DNA of 64,000 nucleotides from the IMG/VR virus record IMGVR_UViG_3300030117_006141, positions 15,616 through 79,615 of that record. One strand, written 5' to 3'. Made by a program: the position numbers and the translations under genes. The stretch's first letter is position 1. The number at the start of each line of letters is the position of its first letter. The notes under the pieces were generated by a model that did not search any database, had not been told where the DNA came from, and saw only the letters and a list, made by a program, of their open reading frames with translations. Of the stretch, positions 1 to 10,933 are shown in pieces. Source of the stretch: a virus.

Positions 1-1072
1 TGGCTTTTACTAAATGTGGAACCAGGGCCGCATTGTTTATATCCCTCTGATCACTAAATCCACCATTGTCAGTGTTATCCCGCGATGTTATTACATCCGG
101 AAATATTTTTTCTACCTCCTGCGCTATATGTCCTATATGTATAATGGATGAATCTTTGTTAGTTTTTTCATTCCAATTAAATGACACGGGTCTTAGTTTG
201 CAAACTTTTTCCAGAATATCATCCCCAAGACTAATTACATTTTTCTTTAATCTACCATCAGAGGAAGAAAATGTCCCATTACCATAAAACGCTCCATTTG
301 ATTGGATATAGGCATTTTCGGAATTATTGTCACGAAAGGCTAACATTTTTACCTTAGTATTTGAATCATCATTCTGTATCACACCCACATATGACCAATC
401 ACTATCTCTATCGCAGTATACATGAAATGGATAACTTGGATCGGAGGTTATTGAATCCACTGTTGTGTTAAATCTAATACCATCGCTATTATCCATTCTC
501 ACAACTTCGTGGCCACCACTTTTAAGTGTTAATCTTTTAGAACCACCACTATTAAATGTAGATTCTATAATAGCACCATCATCATCTTTAGCTTCCAATC
601 TCAGTCTAGACCTTTTAGTGGCGTCGGCCGAATAAATTCTTATCATGGAATTATGTCCATCACAATATCCAACACGAAATTCGTCTTCTAAAAATCTAAA
701 TGTGGGTACGGATCCAAAAGATGTTCCATTATGTAATATAAATTCGCCATCATAACTTGCACCTAGGCCCATCGACCAATTGTCTTGATTTTTTTCATTT
801 CGAAATTCTATTCTTGTATCGGAACTCGTACTTTTTCGCGGATTATGTATGTATACTATCTCTTGGGCATGTGAATTGGAATTACCGGCCAATATAATAG
901 GGGCTTGTGAATATACGCTTAATCTTCCATCACCATTCGAGGCAGATACAGTCAGGTCATTGTGGATAAACTTGGGTGCACCCGCGCTATCAGTCGATGA
1001 TACTATAACAGGTATATTATCTTGTTTTGCTAAAGTATACGAGTGTCCATTTCCTAATTTAATTTGAGCCAT
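1..1072 (-). CDS. Tail fibre/spike protein with C-terminal intramolecular chaperone (Peptidase S74) domain; 3' end runs off window
   Basis: Not in the ORF track (no stop in window). ATG at 1072 (MAQIKLGNG...). Manual translation near 290-1 gives SSSDGRLKKNV...KLRPVSFNWN...IGHIAQEVEKIFPDV, the S74 chaperone signature. Confidence 0.85.
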   Translation of the reverse strand, partial: MAQIKLGNGHSYTLAKQDNIPVIVSSTDSAGAPKFIHNDLTVSASNGDGRLSVYSQAPIILAGNSNSHAQEIVYIHNPRKSTSSDTRIEFRNEKNQDNWSMGLGASYDGEFILHNGTSFGSVPTFRFLEDEFRVGYCDGHNSMIRIYSADATKRSRLRLEAKDDDGAIIESTFNSGGSKRLTLKSGGHEVVRMDNSDGIRFNTTVDSITSDPSYPFHVYCDRDSDWSYVGVIQNDDSNTKVKMLAFRDNNSENAYIQSNGAFYGNGTFSSSDGRLKKNVISLGDDILEKVCKLRPVSFNWNEKTNKDSSIIHIGHIAQEVEKIFPDVITSRDNTDNGGFSDQRDINNAALVPHLVKA

Positions 1073-1084
1073 TTTTTATTCTCC

Positions 1085-4000
1085 TTAATTTCTTCCCATT
1101 AGATTAGGTGCACCGGCAATATCACCATCGTCTAATGTAACCCCGGCAACATTTACTAATAATTGACAGTGTGTAACAATCCCTGTACCTTGACTTGGTA
1201 ATTTAATATCACCAATTTGATAATCTGGTGCAACATCTATTTGTAAGTTTAATGTAACATCTCCTCCTAGAGAACCATCACAAATTATTCTAGTTCGGTT
1301 TCCTCCGTCACTATAATTTTCATAATATTGGGCTTTATTCCCTGATGTAATTATTGTATATTTTTCACTAAAGTTCGTAGCAGACACTAATCCATCTGCC
1401 GTAACCTTAAATGATGATGTAGCAGAACCACCAAATGTTATTGTTCCTGCATCTAAATCTATTTCTCCACCCGCATCAGTACCATAATTTTTTGATTGTA
1501 TTTGACCAGTTTTTATTCTACCACCTTCTATAATTGTGCTAGCCGGTGATGCGGCTCCTGCGGGAACTCCAAATAGACCTTTAATTTCATTTTCAGAAAG
1601 TGCTTTTCCATAATATATTCTAAGTTCATCTATTGAACCAGTGTACGGTGCTTGGCCGGTATCAAATGTTGGTGCAGAATAAGGATTTTCGTTATTGGAA
1701 ACCAATCTGACATCATTGTAACAGGCGCCTACTCCCATTCTTCCAGTATATGTTAGTGCATATGAATTTTTACTATAATTTTCTTTATAGTCTACCCGTC
1801 TTCCATCTAACCACAAACTAGATGTTCCTTTTGCATAAACCCCAGCTGCATGATACCATTTACTTGATGTAATACTAGACGATACAACTACCTGTTCATT
1901 TGCCTGATCGCCACTATTGTCATAGCTAGTATAATATAACATTGATCTTGATACAAAAGCTGCTTGTGCTGCTGTATTTCCACCAACTTCCCAAATTATC
2001 TGTGGTTCGGTATGAGCTACGTTTTTAGCCTTAAACCAAACAGAAAAACTTTGGGAGAAAACATTAGCGGCTGATCCACCAGGTGCCCAAGCCTCTCTAT
2101 CTTCGACCTGAATATAACAATTATTGCCCTCATCTAATTTTAATGAGGTTCCGGTTACTGCATCGCTTCCAGAACCATATAATACCGTTCCTTGTATTGA
2201 ACCTGAATACATAGTCCAATTGTCAGCAGGTGCTGCCTGATTGATAACCGTACTTCCTGTTCCCGCTGCAAAATTGTAATGTATTATCTCTTCATCAGAT
2301 ACAAACGGGGCTGATGGTATTGATGCTACTTCTATTTTTCCTTTGAAATATCCGTTTGAAGTGTATATTCCATGACCTGTTACACCATCAGAAAAATCAT
2401 TATCCGTTATTCCTGATAAATCTCCAACTCTGGCGGTAATATTTGTATCATTATAGCCCGAGCCTGTTCTTTCAACTATATCCATATAAGGAGTATTAGC
2501 ATTCGATGGTGAAGCATTCATGTGGATATACCCAGTTCCACTAGAACCTAATGAAACCAGAGTTTGGCCGGCTGACATGGATGGGATTATGTTGTTATTT
2601 TGGCCTCTAGTAAGGGTCAATGTGTTTGCATTTTTTACAGTGCTAGTAGCAGTGACCTTCATTATTTCTTCCGTAAATCCATTAGAAGAAGTAGCCTTAG
2701 CCATTACATATTCGTTTGCTATAAATCCGGATGCGTTATCTACAGGAACTACACAAGATACACCTGCTGAGATAATTGCGCCGGTAGTGGAACCAGTAAT
2801 ATTACTACCAGTTACAGCCGTAGCATTAGCTATTATTAATTGTCCCCCTACTGCCGATACTGTGTCTTTTTCAAACACGGCTGTAGATAAGGTTCCCCTA
2901 ATTTTTGCTTCTTCAAATTCCGCCTTTCCATCAGATGAAATTTTCCAACCCTTTCCGGTTCCAAATTCCGATGATTGAAAGTCTATAGTTTTTATAGTGC
3001 CACTAGATGATAATACTAAATTACTAGATGATATCTGAGAATGGTTGAATGACCATCCTCCTATTTGGTTTGTAGAACCCGCTTGAAAAACATTTGCTCC
3101 ATTTACGTGTGCTGTAAATCCATTATCGGTTGCGCTTGCATAATGTATTTTTATAAAATTATCATCATCTCGTCTTACTAATATTTGAGGAGTGGATGTA
3201 TCCCCATCTAATCTAATTCCTGCGTTGCCTCCATAACCTAATGATTGTAATTCATCTCCGTTAATTTTCCACCCAGCAATCTTACCAGCACTAGCCGTCA
3301 TTCTTCCATCAGCTGATACTTTAAATGCTGATGAGCTTATGAATCCTACGGGATCATTATTATCTGTGGATGATGATATATGCCAATTATTAGAAGATGA
3401 AATAAATCCACCCTTATTTAATACAAGATTTCCTCCCGTGAGTTTTTCACTGTCAAATCTCCACCCAGCTATACTATTTCCTTGGTTTAATGGGTTACCG
3501 AGTTCGAATTCAACTTTGCTATCCTTTCTACCAACTATTCCCCATAAAAAATCACTACTATAATATTGTAAAATACTATCAGCTGAATCTCCAGCTACTT
3601 TATAAATAGAAATATTATCACCTGTAGCTGTAGAACTAAATCGAATTCTTCCATCTGCTGATTCTAGCTTAGTGTTTGAGATGGTCCATCCACCTATTGT
3701 ACCTTTAGATGCTGTTAGATAACCTTGCATGTTTACCGCAAATGGTGGTGGATCAAGTACGTCTATACCATCCCTACCTACCCACAAGCCTTCATCAGCA
3801 TCGGCTACAATTACATCATCCCCAGAACCTAGTGTAATTCTTTTATCTGATGAATCTATAGTAAAATTAGTTGCGGTTAAATCATTTGTGCCAATAGTAA
3901 ATCCACCAATGGTACCTCCAGCTTCTGCTGTAATAGTTCCCTGCATTGTAACATTACCATCTGTTCCTAATTCAAAATTAGAGGATGATATAGCTATAGT

Positions 4001-6406
4001 TCCATCACCCGAACCTGATATAAAAGATGTTCTTTCACTACCTAAGAAAAATTTGTCTGTTGTGATATCTAATTCACCACCTGCTCCTGCGCTTGAACCT
4101 GTTTTAGTTCTAAATCTTATCCATGATGAAGATCCGACTAATTCCATACCCACCCCATAATAAGGTTGGCCTGCATATTCTTTGCCGTCAGCTCCAATAG
4201 ACCCTGACCATATTATTATACCACCACCGCCTGAACCTGTTGCTTGATTAAATCCTGGATATGTTGGGTTTGTTGTTCTCAGTATAGCAGAACTCATACC
4301 TGAAAATGAAAATCCAACATCAGTCGCGTCAGGTCCTATATTAAATACTCCTGGTAATAATGCTTCTTCTATGTATGTATTGGAACCTGAGAAGTGCATA
4401 CTGTGTGTAACCAAATATACATTATTTTTGTTTCCTTCACCGTCGTAAAATTCCCATTTGAAATCTAATAAATCATTCATTTTTTCATTCGGAATGTGAC
4501 TTAATAAAAATGTATGATTTGGTGTAAATCCAGGTAATGCTACTGATTTAATAGATAATTTACTTATATCCCACATCCCAGCTTTAACTTGAAAGACGGG
4601 AACACCTGTTCCATTTCTGTCTGCCTTAAATGTATAAGTTTGGGTTTGAGGATCCGGAATAATGTTTGCACCAGCTACAGACCAGAAGGTTTTACCGGAT
4701 TGTTGTTGATTTGTACTTGTCTGTCCCGAAAATGCCGGACTCGCTGCCAAACCTCCATTATTATTAGCCATATTATTTGAATCAAACGTCCAATTGCCTG
4801 TCTCATCAGCCGTTATCCCAAGGCCTGGAATAAAGTTTGGATTTGTTAGTGTTTCTGCGACCTGTTCTTGCCAAGTACTAAATGTATTTTCTTCTCCGAG
4901 TGATACTATTTTTTTACCTAATGTTGGATCCGTAATCTGCCCATTCGCATCAACATTATCAAATGAAGATCCTGACATGAAAACAATCATTTCAGGTGGA
5001 AATCCATCATATAGATCCGTGGTGTGGGCATAATTAAATGATATTTGATAATCACACCCAGCATAAAATGTTAATGGTATAGTGCAGTTTGTTCTAATAT
5101 ATGCATTTTCTCTATCCGCGGCGGTAACTAATCCATCTGATAATTCTTCACTACCAGATATCCTAAGAGAATCCATCATGGACGAAGATTGTCTACTTAA
5201 AAACGGTTTGCCGAAAGAATTATCATACCCCACTCCTGAAGATGTCCAATATGTATTTACAGTATATTCATCAGCAAAGAATCCCATTTTTTTAGTTAAT
5301 TCGTGGGAGTTCCCATCTATAAGTAATTCTTTAAAATTTAGATTATCATCACCAATTTTTTCCCATTCTGTAAATCCAGCGGATCTCATTTTAGTTGTGA
5401 CCCTTTCCACATCACCAGCAATTGGTTCTAAATTAGCTAAAGTTACTAAGGCATAAGATTCAACATTTCCAGAACCTGTTGTATATGTTGGCGTTTGAAT
5501 ATAATCTAATGTAAATGCACTGGGTAAAACAGTATTTACCAAATAAGAAGCATGTTGTGTTGTATCGTATATGGGAACTTGGTAAGAGAACCACCCCCCA
5601 CCAGTAAAATACCCTGCAATAAATGTTTCTGATACATTTAGCAATTCATATGGATGATTAACTATTGCCTGACTCGAGTTGATAACTTGTTGGATGTATC
5701 CATCGTATGCCTGTGGTGTGTTTGATGAACCGTCTGGGGCTGTTGCGTCTAGAGCAAAACCACTAGGTAAATTATAAATTGGATTTTGTATTATTAAATG
5801 TCCACCCTCGTGTTCTGAAGTCCAGTTAAATCCAATCGCGTATGCATGTGTTGTTGTCACGCCGTTTGCAATAGTAGTCACCAACTCAACAGTTCCTGTA
5901 GAAATCTGGGTTTCTGCTGTATTTCCTACGGCATATCCTTGATTAAGAAATTCCTTACGCTTTTCTTGCACGAATGCTTTTGGTTTTCTACCAAATACGA
6001 TAGGGGTGATGTTTGGGCTATAAGGATCTATCTGTATTAATCTTTTCCATCTTACAGTTCGTCCACTTCGAAGTTTAGCAACTAACGTAATAATACCATT
6101 ACCTATAGGGGTCCATGGGTATACCCATAAAGTTAACATTCTATTACCAGAAACGCCATACCAATTAGGCACCTCCATATAGACGTTACTCCCATCAACA
6201 GCTACGCATTCAAATTTGATTTCAGAATTTGGTTTAAATGCTAAACTATTTCCGGCTAATAAAAAGGCATTCTTTCCAGCAGTAAGTTTTTTAGGAAATT
6301 GAGTTATCCTAAAATAATCGGGTGAGTTAAAAGAAGTGTCTTCTATTAAATCACTATACTTCTGAAGATGTAGTCCTTGATATTTGCTTTTTTTGATAAA
6401 TCCCAT
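1085..6406 (-). CDS. Large tail fibre/spike protein with beta-repeat stalk and LamG/concanavalin-like domain
   Basis: 1773 aa, G/S/T-rich. Repeated GxI(G/A)G(W/F)xI units. LamG-like SFSVWFK...KWYHAAGVY...LWLDG...YTGSIDELRIY. Confidence 0.75.
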   Translation of the reverse strand: MGFIKKSKYQGLHLQKYSDLIEDTSFNSPDYFRITQFPKKLTAGKNAFLLAGNSLAFKPNSEIKFECVAVDGSNVYMEVPNWYGVSGNRMLTLWVYPWTPIGNGIITLVAKLRSGRTVRWKRLIQIDPYSPNITPIVFGRKPKAFVQEKRKEFLNQGYAVGNTAETQISTGTVELVTTIANGVTTTHAYAIGFNWTSEHEGGHLIIQNPIYNLPSGFALDATAPDGSSNTPQAYDGYIQQVINSSQAIVNHPYELLNVSETFIAGYFTGGGWFSYQVPIYDTTQHASYLVNTVLPSAFTLDYIQTPTYTTGSGNVESYALVTLANLEPIAGDVERVTTKMRSAGFTEWEKIGDDNLNFKELLIDGNSHELTKKMGFFADEYTVNTYWTSSGVGYDNSFGKPFLSRQSSSMMDSLRISGSEELSDGLVTAADRENAYIRTNCTIPLTFYAGCDYQISFNYAHTTDLYDGFPPEMIVFMSGSSFDNVDANGQITDPTLGKKIVSLGEENTFSTWQEQVAETLTNPNFIPGLGITADETGNWTFDSNNMANNNGGLAASPAFSGQTSTNQQQSGKTFWSVAGANIIPDPQTQTYTFKADRNGTGVPVFQVKAGMWDISKLSIKSVALPGFTPNHTFLLSHIPNEKMNDLLDFKWEFYDGEGNKNNVYLVTHSMHFSGSNTYIEEALLPGVFNIGPDATDVGFSFSGMSSAILRTTNPTYPGFNQATGSGGGGIIIWSGSIGADGKEYAGQPYYGVGMELVGSSSWIRFRTKTGSSAGAGGELDITTDKFFLGSERTSFISGSGDGTIAISSSNFELGTDGNVTMQGTITAEAGGTIGGFTIGTNDLTATNFTIDSSDKRITLGSGDDVIVADADEGLWVGRDGIDVLDPPPFAVNMQGYLTASKGTIGGWTISNTKLESADGRIRFSSTATGDNISIYKVAGDSADSILQYYSSDFLWGIVGRKDSKVEFELGNPLNQGNSIAGWRFDSEKLTGGNLVLNKGGFISSSNNWHISSSTDNNDPVGFISSSAFKVSADGRMTASAGKIAGWKINGDELQSLGYGGNAGIRLDGDTSTPQILVRRDDDNFIKIHYASATDNGFTAHVNGANVFQAGSTNQIGGWSFNHSQISSSNLVLSSSGTIKTIDFQSSEFGTGKGWKISSDGKAEFEEAKIRGTLSTAVFEKDTVSAVGGQLIIANATAVTGSNITGSTTGAIISAGVSCVVPVDNASGFIANEYVMAKATSSNGFTEEIMKVTATSTVKNANTLTLTRGQNNNIIPSMSAGQTLVSLGSSGTGYIHMNASPSNANTPYMDIVERTGSGYNDTNITARVGDLSGITDNDFSDGVTGHGIYTSNGYFKGKIEVASIPSAPFVSDEEIIHYNFAAGTGSTVINQAAPADNWTMYSGSIQGTVLYGSGSDAVTGTSLKLDEGNNCYIQVEDREAWAPGGSAANVFSQSFSVWFKAKNVAHTEPQIIWEVGGNTAAQAAFVSRSMLYYTSYDNSGDQANEQVVVSSSITSSKWYHAAGVYAKGTSSLWLDGRRVDYKENYSKNSYALTYTGRMGVGACYNDVRLVSNNENPYSAPTFDTGQAPYTGSIDELRIYYGKALSENEIKGLFGVPAGAASPASTIIEGGRIKTGQIQSKNYGTDAGGEIDLDAGTITFGGSATSSFKVTADGLVSATNFSEKYTIITSGNKAQYYENYSDGGNRTRIICDGSLGGDVTLNLQIDVAPDYQIGDIKLPSQGTGIVTHCQLLVNVAGVTLDDGDIAGAPNLMGRN

Positions 6407-6436
6407 TTAGTTTCCCTTTATCTACAATTATTCAAA

Positions 6437-6444
6437 TATAAATA
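6437..6444 (-). promoter_or_regulatory. Putative late promoter TATTTATA (exemplar)
   Basis: Same motif without a -33 TTTG upstream of genes at 12828, 14593, 26755, 30661, 37833, 38091, 51469. Confidence 0.55.
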
Positions 6445-6449
6445 TGTAG

Positions 6450-9400
6450 CTAGAGAATTACTTTGCTAAATCCGCTATCTTTCTTGATATCTATCAGACT
6501 GTCTACCACATCCCTAACAGAATCTAAATGCGATATTACCATTAAAAATTCAAATTGAGATTTTAAGTATTCGAATAGCATAAACATTGAATTAAGATTC
6601 TCAGAATCGAGATTTCCTAATCCTTCATCTATTGCTAAAAAGTTTGGTCTAGATAAATTTGAAATATTAATTAAAGCCGTTCTAATTGCGATAGAAGATA
6701 TAAACTTTTCCATACCAGATGTCAATTCCAATGGCCAAACTTTATCATCACCATAAGTAATATAAGTATTAATATTTTTACCATCTAAATTAAACAAAAT
6801 ATTAAATTCAACAATTCTATTTAATATATCATTTACTTCATCTTCAACAATTGGAATTATTTTGGATATCAATTCATATGGGACACCATCTCTTTGAATT
6901 GCATCTAAATAATATTCATATGCCTTATACTTGTCCTGCAAACTTTCTGCGCGTTTTATTGAGTCTAAGATAGTTTTCTTTGTGTTTAACGCGACTTCTA
7001 TACTACCGTGGATAGTTAACAACTCGTCCTCTTTGACTTCTATTTCATTTTCCAAAAGTATTTTTTGATTGCCCAAATCATTTAATATATCATTTATTTT
7101 TTGATTATGAATTATATCCTTTTTATTTTGGTGATATTTAGATATTTCTGCATTTATTTGTTCTATTGTTTGCTCTGTCTTATTTAACTTTTCCTTTGCT
7201 TTATAATATTCTATCCTTCCAATATTCCTTTCAGATTCTATTCGTTGTATTGTAGAATTATATTTTTGTGCTTCAATAAGTGCATCCGAATATTTTTTAT
7301 TTTTATCCATTATATTATTGGATTCTTCTAAGTCACTTATCAATCTTTTAGCCTTTATTTTATCTGTTTCTAAATCATCTTTGGTTTTTTTAGCATCCAA
7401 AACAAATGGGTTGTTTATGCAATATTTACAGTTAGGATCATACTCATGTTTATCCAAGTGCTTTAATTTATCCAATTTATTTTTAACAATTATTTTAATC
7501 TTTTCAATTTCATTTTTAAGATTATTACTATTTTTTTCAGCTTCTATATATTTTTTATTTCCGTCTTCTATATCCTTAATATCACCCAACTTTGTCAATT
7601 TATTATTTGTTTCTGCTAAAATTACTTTATTATTTTTTGATGTTTGTTCGTCTCGTCTAAGCCTTTCTTCTATATTTTTCTTAATATCTTCATTATGTAA
7701 GCGATCAAATTCTAGACCTTCAATATCTTCATTTACGTGGCCAATTTTAACAAGTTTGTCCTCATTTTTTGTAATTCTCTTTTCTAATGTCTTTAGTCTA
7801 TTTGTTGCAGATGTCTTCTCTTTTTTTGCATCCACTTTTAGATTTTTATTTTCATCAATATTTGCTTCCGCATCTGCTAATTGTTGTGTAAAATCGGTTT
7901 TTTTGAATTCATCAAGAATCGCAGAAACGCCCTTTATCTCATTATTTGCTAAAGTATATAATTCTTCAAAAACAGAGATATCAAGAAATTGGGCTAAAAG
8001 GTCTTTTCGCTCAGATTGTGATTTTTCAATAAACGCAGTATTGTTGTTTTGCACAGATAAAGTTGTTAAAATAAAATCATCATATGTTCCAACATAATTA
8101 CGAATATTTTTATTTGTATCATATCTTTGCTCACCATTTAATGATTCTTCTTGTCCATCGTCATTTATGGTCCAAAAGTTAACTTTCACGGTAACTTTGC
8201 CTTTATGATATCCCTTCAATACTCTATGTGCTTTTCTTTCTATAAAATAATCCTGGCCGTCTATTCTATATTGAAGCTTACAACTGAAGTTATTTTTCTT
8301 ATTATTCATAACATCATTTGCGCTCGAAGATCTACTACATCTATCAAATAAACAAAAACATATCGCGTCTAGTAGGGCTGATTTTCCGCTTGCGTTAGCC
8401 GCAAATAGTCCGTAGGTTCCTTTGCAATTTTCAAAATCTAATTCATTATCGGGTCCATATGAAAACATGTTACCAAAAGTAAATTTTATTGGTTTCCATC
8501 TAAGATTTCTAGCAACCTCTACCTGATTCATCTGACCATTTAATTCCTTATTAATCTTAAAAATTTCTTTTGTAATGGAGTCATCTACAACATAATTTCT
8601 ATCTAAATAGTCCTTAATTAATTCATTTTGAAAACTGACGTTTCTTACATCACCAATACCATTTTTTAAATCCCTATTACCTATTTTAGTTTGAGATAAT
8701 CTATCATTACGCAATACCGTCACATCTTTTAATTTACATTTCTTGCGAACTATTGTTAATAATTTTTTTAATGTTGGTTCATCTGTATTTGTCAGTCTTA
8801 CCCTTAATCTTGGTCTTTTGGGGATATGTGTCAGATCGGGTAGTTTACCATCTACAATATCTAATGTGTAGTATGCTTGATCATTCACAATGCGCTTGAA
8901 TTCCGATTTTCCATTTGACATATCCCATAACAAATATCCATGATCTATAGGATGTTCTCCAAAATTTTGACAAACAGTCGAACCGGCATATGCAATTGTT
9001 TTTTTGCTATTCAAATATTGATGCTTATGTATATCGCCCAACAAGGTAAAATCATACCCATCAAATGCATTTGTTTTAACATCACCCGGCAATCTAAATC
9101 CTGCATCTGTTTGTGCATCTGAAACGCATCCGTGGTAAAGAGCAATTTTTTTATTATCGCCCTTTATGTCTGATGCTTTTATATAATTCTCAGGCTCATC
9201 GAATACTGAGAATACAGTAAAGTCTATATCAGCCATAGTATATACACCCGAATCTTTTAGATAATAAAAATTGTCCAAATTCAGGGAATCCACTATCGGT
9301 GTTAATGCATCGAGTCTACTTGCATTATTCAAATTACAATCATGATTTCCTGCTATAAGGATGGTTGGTCTAATTTTAGATAAATTAGTAAATAGTTCAG

Positions 9401-9617
9401 ATACCATCCTAATCAGCTCAGGTGACATTTCTGTTTTAGCATGAACGATATCGCCTGCTAAATATATCACACTATTTGGATCCAAACTATCCTTTAGATC
9501 CTTATATAATTTCTTAAATACATTTCGATATTCACCATGTCTTTTCAAATTTCTAATGTGAACATCCGCTATATGTGCTATATGTTTTATGTTTTCAAAT
9601 CCAATATCAATTTTCAA
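6450..9617 (-). CDS. Fused Mre11/SbcD nuclease - Rad50/SbcC ATPase (T4 gp47-gp46-like)
   Basis: N-terminal phosphoesterase motifs ADVH, GDIVH, GNHD, LGDIH. Walker A ANASGKS, coiled coil with CKYC zinc hook, signature SGME, Walker B/D-loop AIDEGLGNLD, H-loop VISH. Confidence 0.93.
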   Translation of the reverse strand: MKIDIGFENIKHIAHIADVHIRNLKRHGEYRNVFKKLYKDLKDSLDPNSVIYLAGDIVHAKTEMSPELIRMVSELFTNLSKIRPTILIAGNHDCNLNNASRLDALTPIVDSLNLDNFYYLKDSGVYTMADIDFTVFSVFDEPENYIKASDIKGDNKKIALYHGCVSDAQTDAGFRLPGDVKTNAFDGYDFTLLGDIHKHQYLNSKKTIAYAGSTVCQNFGEHPIDHGYLLWDMSNGKSEFKRIVNDQAYYTLDIVDGKLPDLTHIPKRPRLRVRLTNTDEPTLKKLLTIVRKKCKLKDVTVLRNDRLSQTKIGNRDLKNGIGDVRNVSFQNELIKDYLDRNYVVDDSITKEIFKINKELNGQMNQVEVARNLRWKPIKFTFGNMFSYGPDNELDFENCKGTYGLFAANASGKSALLDAICFCLFDRCSRSSSANDVMNNKKNNFSCKLQYRIDGQDYFIERKAHRVLKGYHKGKVTVKVNFWTINDDGQEESLNGEQRYDTNKNIRNYVGTYDDFILTTLSVQNNNTAFIEKSQSERKDLLAQFLDISVFEELYTLANNEIKGVSAILDEFKKTDFTQQLADAEANIDENKNLKVDAKKEKTSATNRLKTLEKRITKNEDKLVKIGHVNEDIEGLEFDRLHNEDIKKNIEERLRRDEQTSKNNKVILAETNNKLTKLGDIKDIEDGNKKYIEAEKNSNNLKNEIEKIKIIVKNKLDKLKHLDKHEYDPNCKYCINNPFVLDAKKTKDDLETDKIKAKRLISDLEESNNIMDKNKKYSDALIEAQKYNSTIQRIESERNIGRIEYYKAKEKLNKTEQTIEQINAEISKYHQNKKDIIHNQKINDILNDLGNQKILLENEIEVKEDELLTIHGSIEVALNTKKTILDSIKRAESLQDKYKAYEYYLDAIQRDGVPYELISKIIPIVEDEVNDILNRIVEFNILFNLDGKNINTYITYGDDKVWPLELTSGMEKFISSIAIRTALINISNLSRPNFLAIDEGLGNLDSENLNSMFMLFEYLKSQFEFLMVISHLDSVRDVVDSLIDIKKDSGFSKVIL

Positions 9618-10534
9618 AACAATTTCCCCATAATTCTTTTTTCCATTAACGAACTTCCAGTTAATGGTCTTGTTTCATGTAACATTTTATTAAATATCGA
9701 AAATCCTAAATCACTTGGGTCTTTATCCTGCATTTCAACCAAATGAACTCTGATTCCATGATTCAAAAAATAATCACAAATATCTAATGCCTTAATCAGT
9801 GCATCTTTATCTAGTGCTATGTATAATTTTTTAACACGTTTTTCTATAATCTTTTTACGTAATTTATCTAGAACAATTTTACCAAATAATGGAATTGCAT
9901 TTCTTTTTACAGCAATCGCATCGAATGCACCTTCTACAATTGTAATAGGTTCATTCCAATTAATCATTAAATCAAACCCAATAATATCCTTTGAAACCTG
10001 TGGATTTTTGTGCTTAAAGTCTGTATTATAATATGCTCTGCCAGTAAAAAAGTTTAATGTTCCTGCTTCATCATAACTTGGAATTATTATCTTACCCTTA
10101 TATTGTCCCCTACTACAAAATCCTATATTATATTTTATAATATCCATATCATCAATACCGCGATTATTTAAGTAATGCAGTGCATTTCTAACTTCCGGGT
10201 TTTTTATTGATGCATTGTATAGTGGTTCAAATTCATCAGGCAATGATAAAGTATCATACTTTTTTTCTATGTGTTTAGGAATATAATCGCCTATACACTC
10301 ATTTAATTCCTTTATTTGATTTTGTGAAGCATTTGCTTTTTTAAATAATGAGTATAATTTTCTTCCCTTTGCACCGCATACCCAACATTGCCACAATTGG
10401 GTTAGTAAATTAACCTGTAGCTTTCTTTTATGATGTCTACAAAAGGGGCAGTAAAATGATGACTCGCTATTTCTTAATTGTTTACTTTTACCTATAACCC
10501 TTTCGATTATATTTAATAAAGATAAATTACCCAT
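9614..10534 (-). CDS. DNA primase (Zn finger + TOPRIM)
   Basis: CPFC...CWVC zinc finger, IIIP...FFTGR, TOPRIM IVEGAFDA and LDKDA, KDP. Confidence 0.9.
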   Translation of the reverse strand: MGNLSLLNIIERVIGKSKQLRNSESSFYCPFCRHHKRKLQVNLLTQLWQCWVCGAKGRKLYSLFKKANASQNQIKELNECIGDYIPKHIEKKYDTLSLPDEFEPLYNASIKNPEVRNALHYLNNRGIDDMDIIKYNIGFCSRGQYKGKIIIPSYDEAGTLNFFTGRAYYNTDFKHKNPQVSKDIIGFDLMINWNEPITIVEGAFDAIAVKRNAIPLFGKIVLDKLRKKIIEKRVKKLYIALDKDALIKALDICDYFLNHGIRVHLVEMQDKDPSDLGFSIFNKMLHETRPLTGSSLMEKRIMGKLF

Positions 10535-10871
10535 TCGCTTTTTTTATCAAATCTACAAAAGTTTCAAAAGGAATTGCCACGTATGTTTTAGTTCTATTTC
10601 TCTTAAAAACAACAGCTGGATCATATCCTTGATCGTTAGCTTCAGCTTGTTTAATTGCAGACCATATATTTAATTTTTCTTGATTTTTACACTCGAAAGA
10701 AAAAGGTATATGTCTTCTTGCTAACGGGCTCATTTGTAAATCTTCACCCGATTGTCCCATTGCCGTTGATCTAATATCATCGGGTAATAATTCAGTAAAG
10801 GCTTCAACTAATAAGGCTCTAACCTCCTGTTGTAACCTTCTACCTTTAGCTTTTGCAGATGATGTCTTCAT
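10527..10871 (-). CDS. PD-(D/E)xK nuclease, probable Holliday junction resolvase
   Basis: SAKAKGRRLQ...GEDL...FECKNQE...VVFKRNR. Next to primase and recombination genes. Confidence 0.7.
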   Translation of the reverse strand: MKTSSAKAKGRRLQQEVRALLVEAFTELLPDDIRSTAMGQSGEDLQMSPLARRHIPFSFECKNQEKLNIWSAIKQAEANDQGYDPAVVFKRNRTKTYVAIPFETFVDLIKKANG

Positions 10872-10933
10872 ACATAACTCCTTAATTTTTTTCCTTATTT
10901 TAATATAAGAAAATTATTTGAATTAACCAAATT

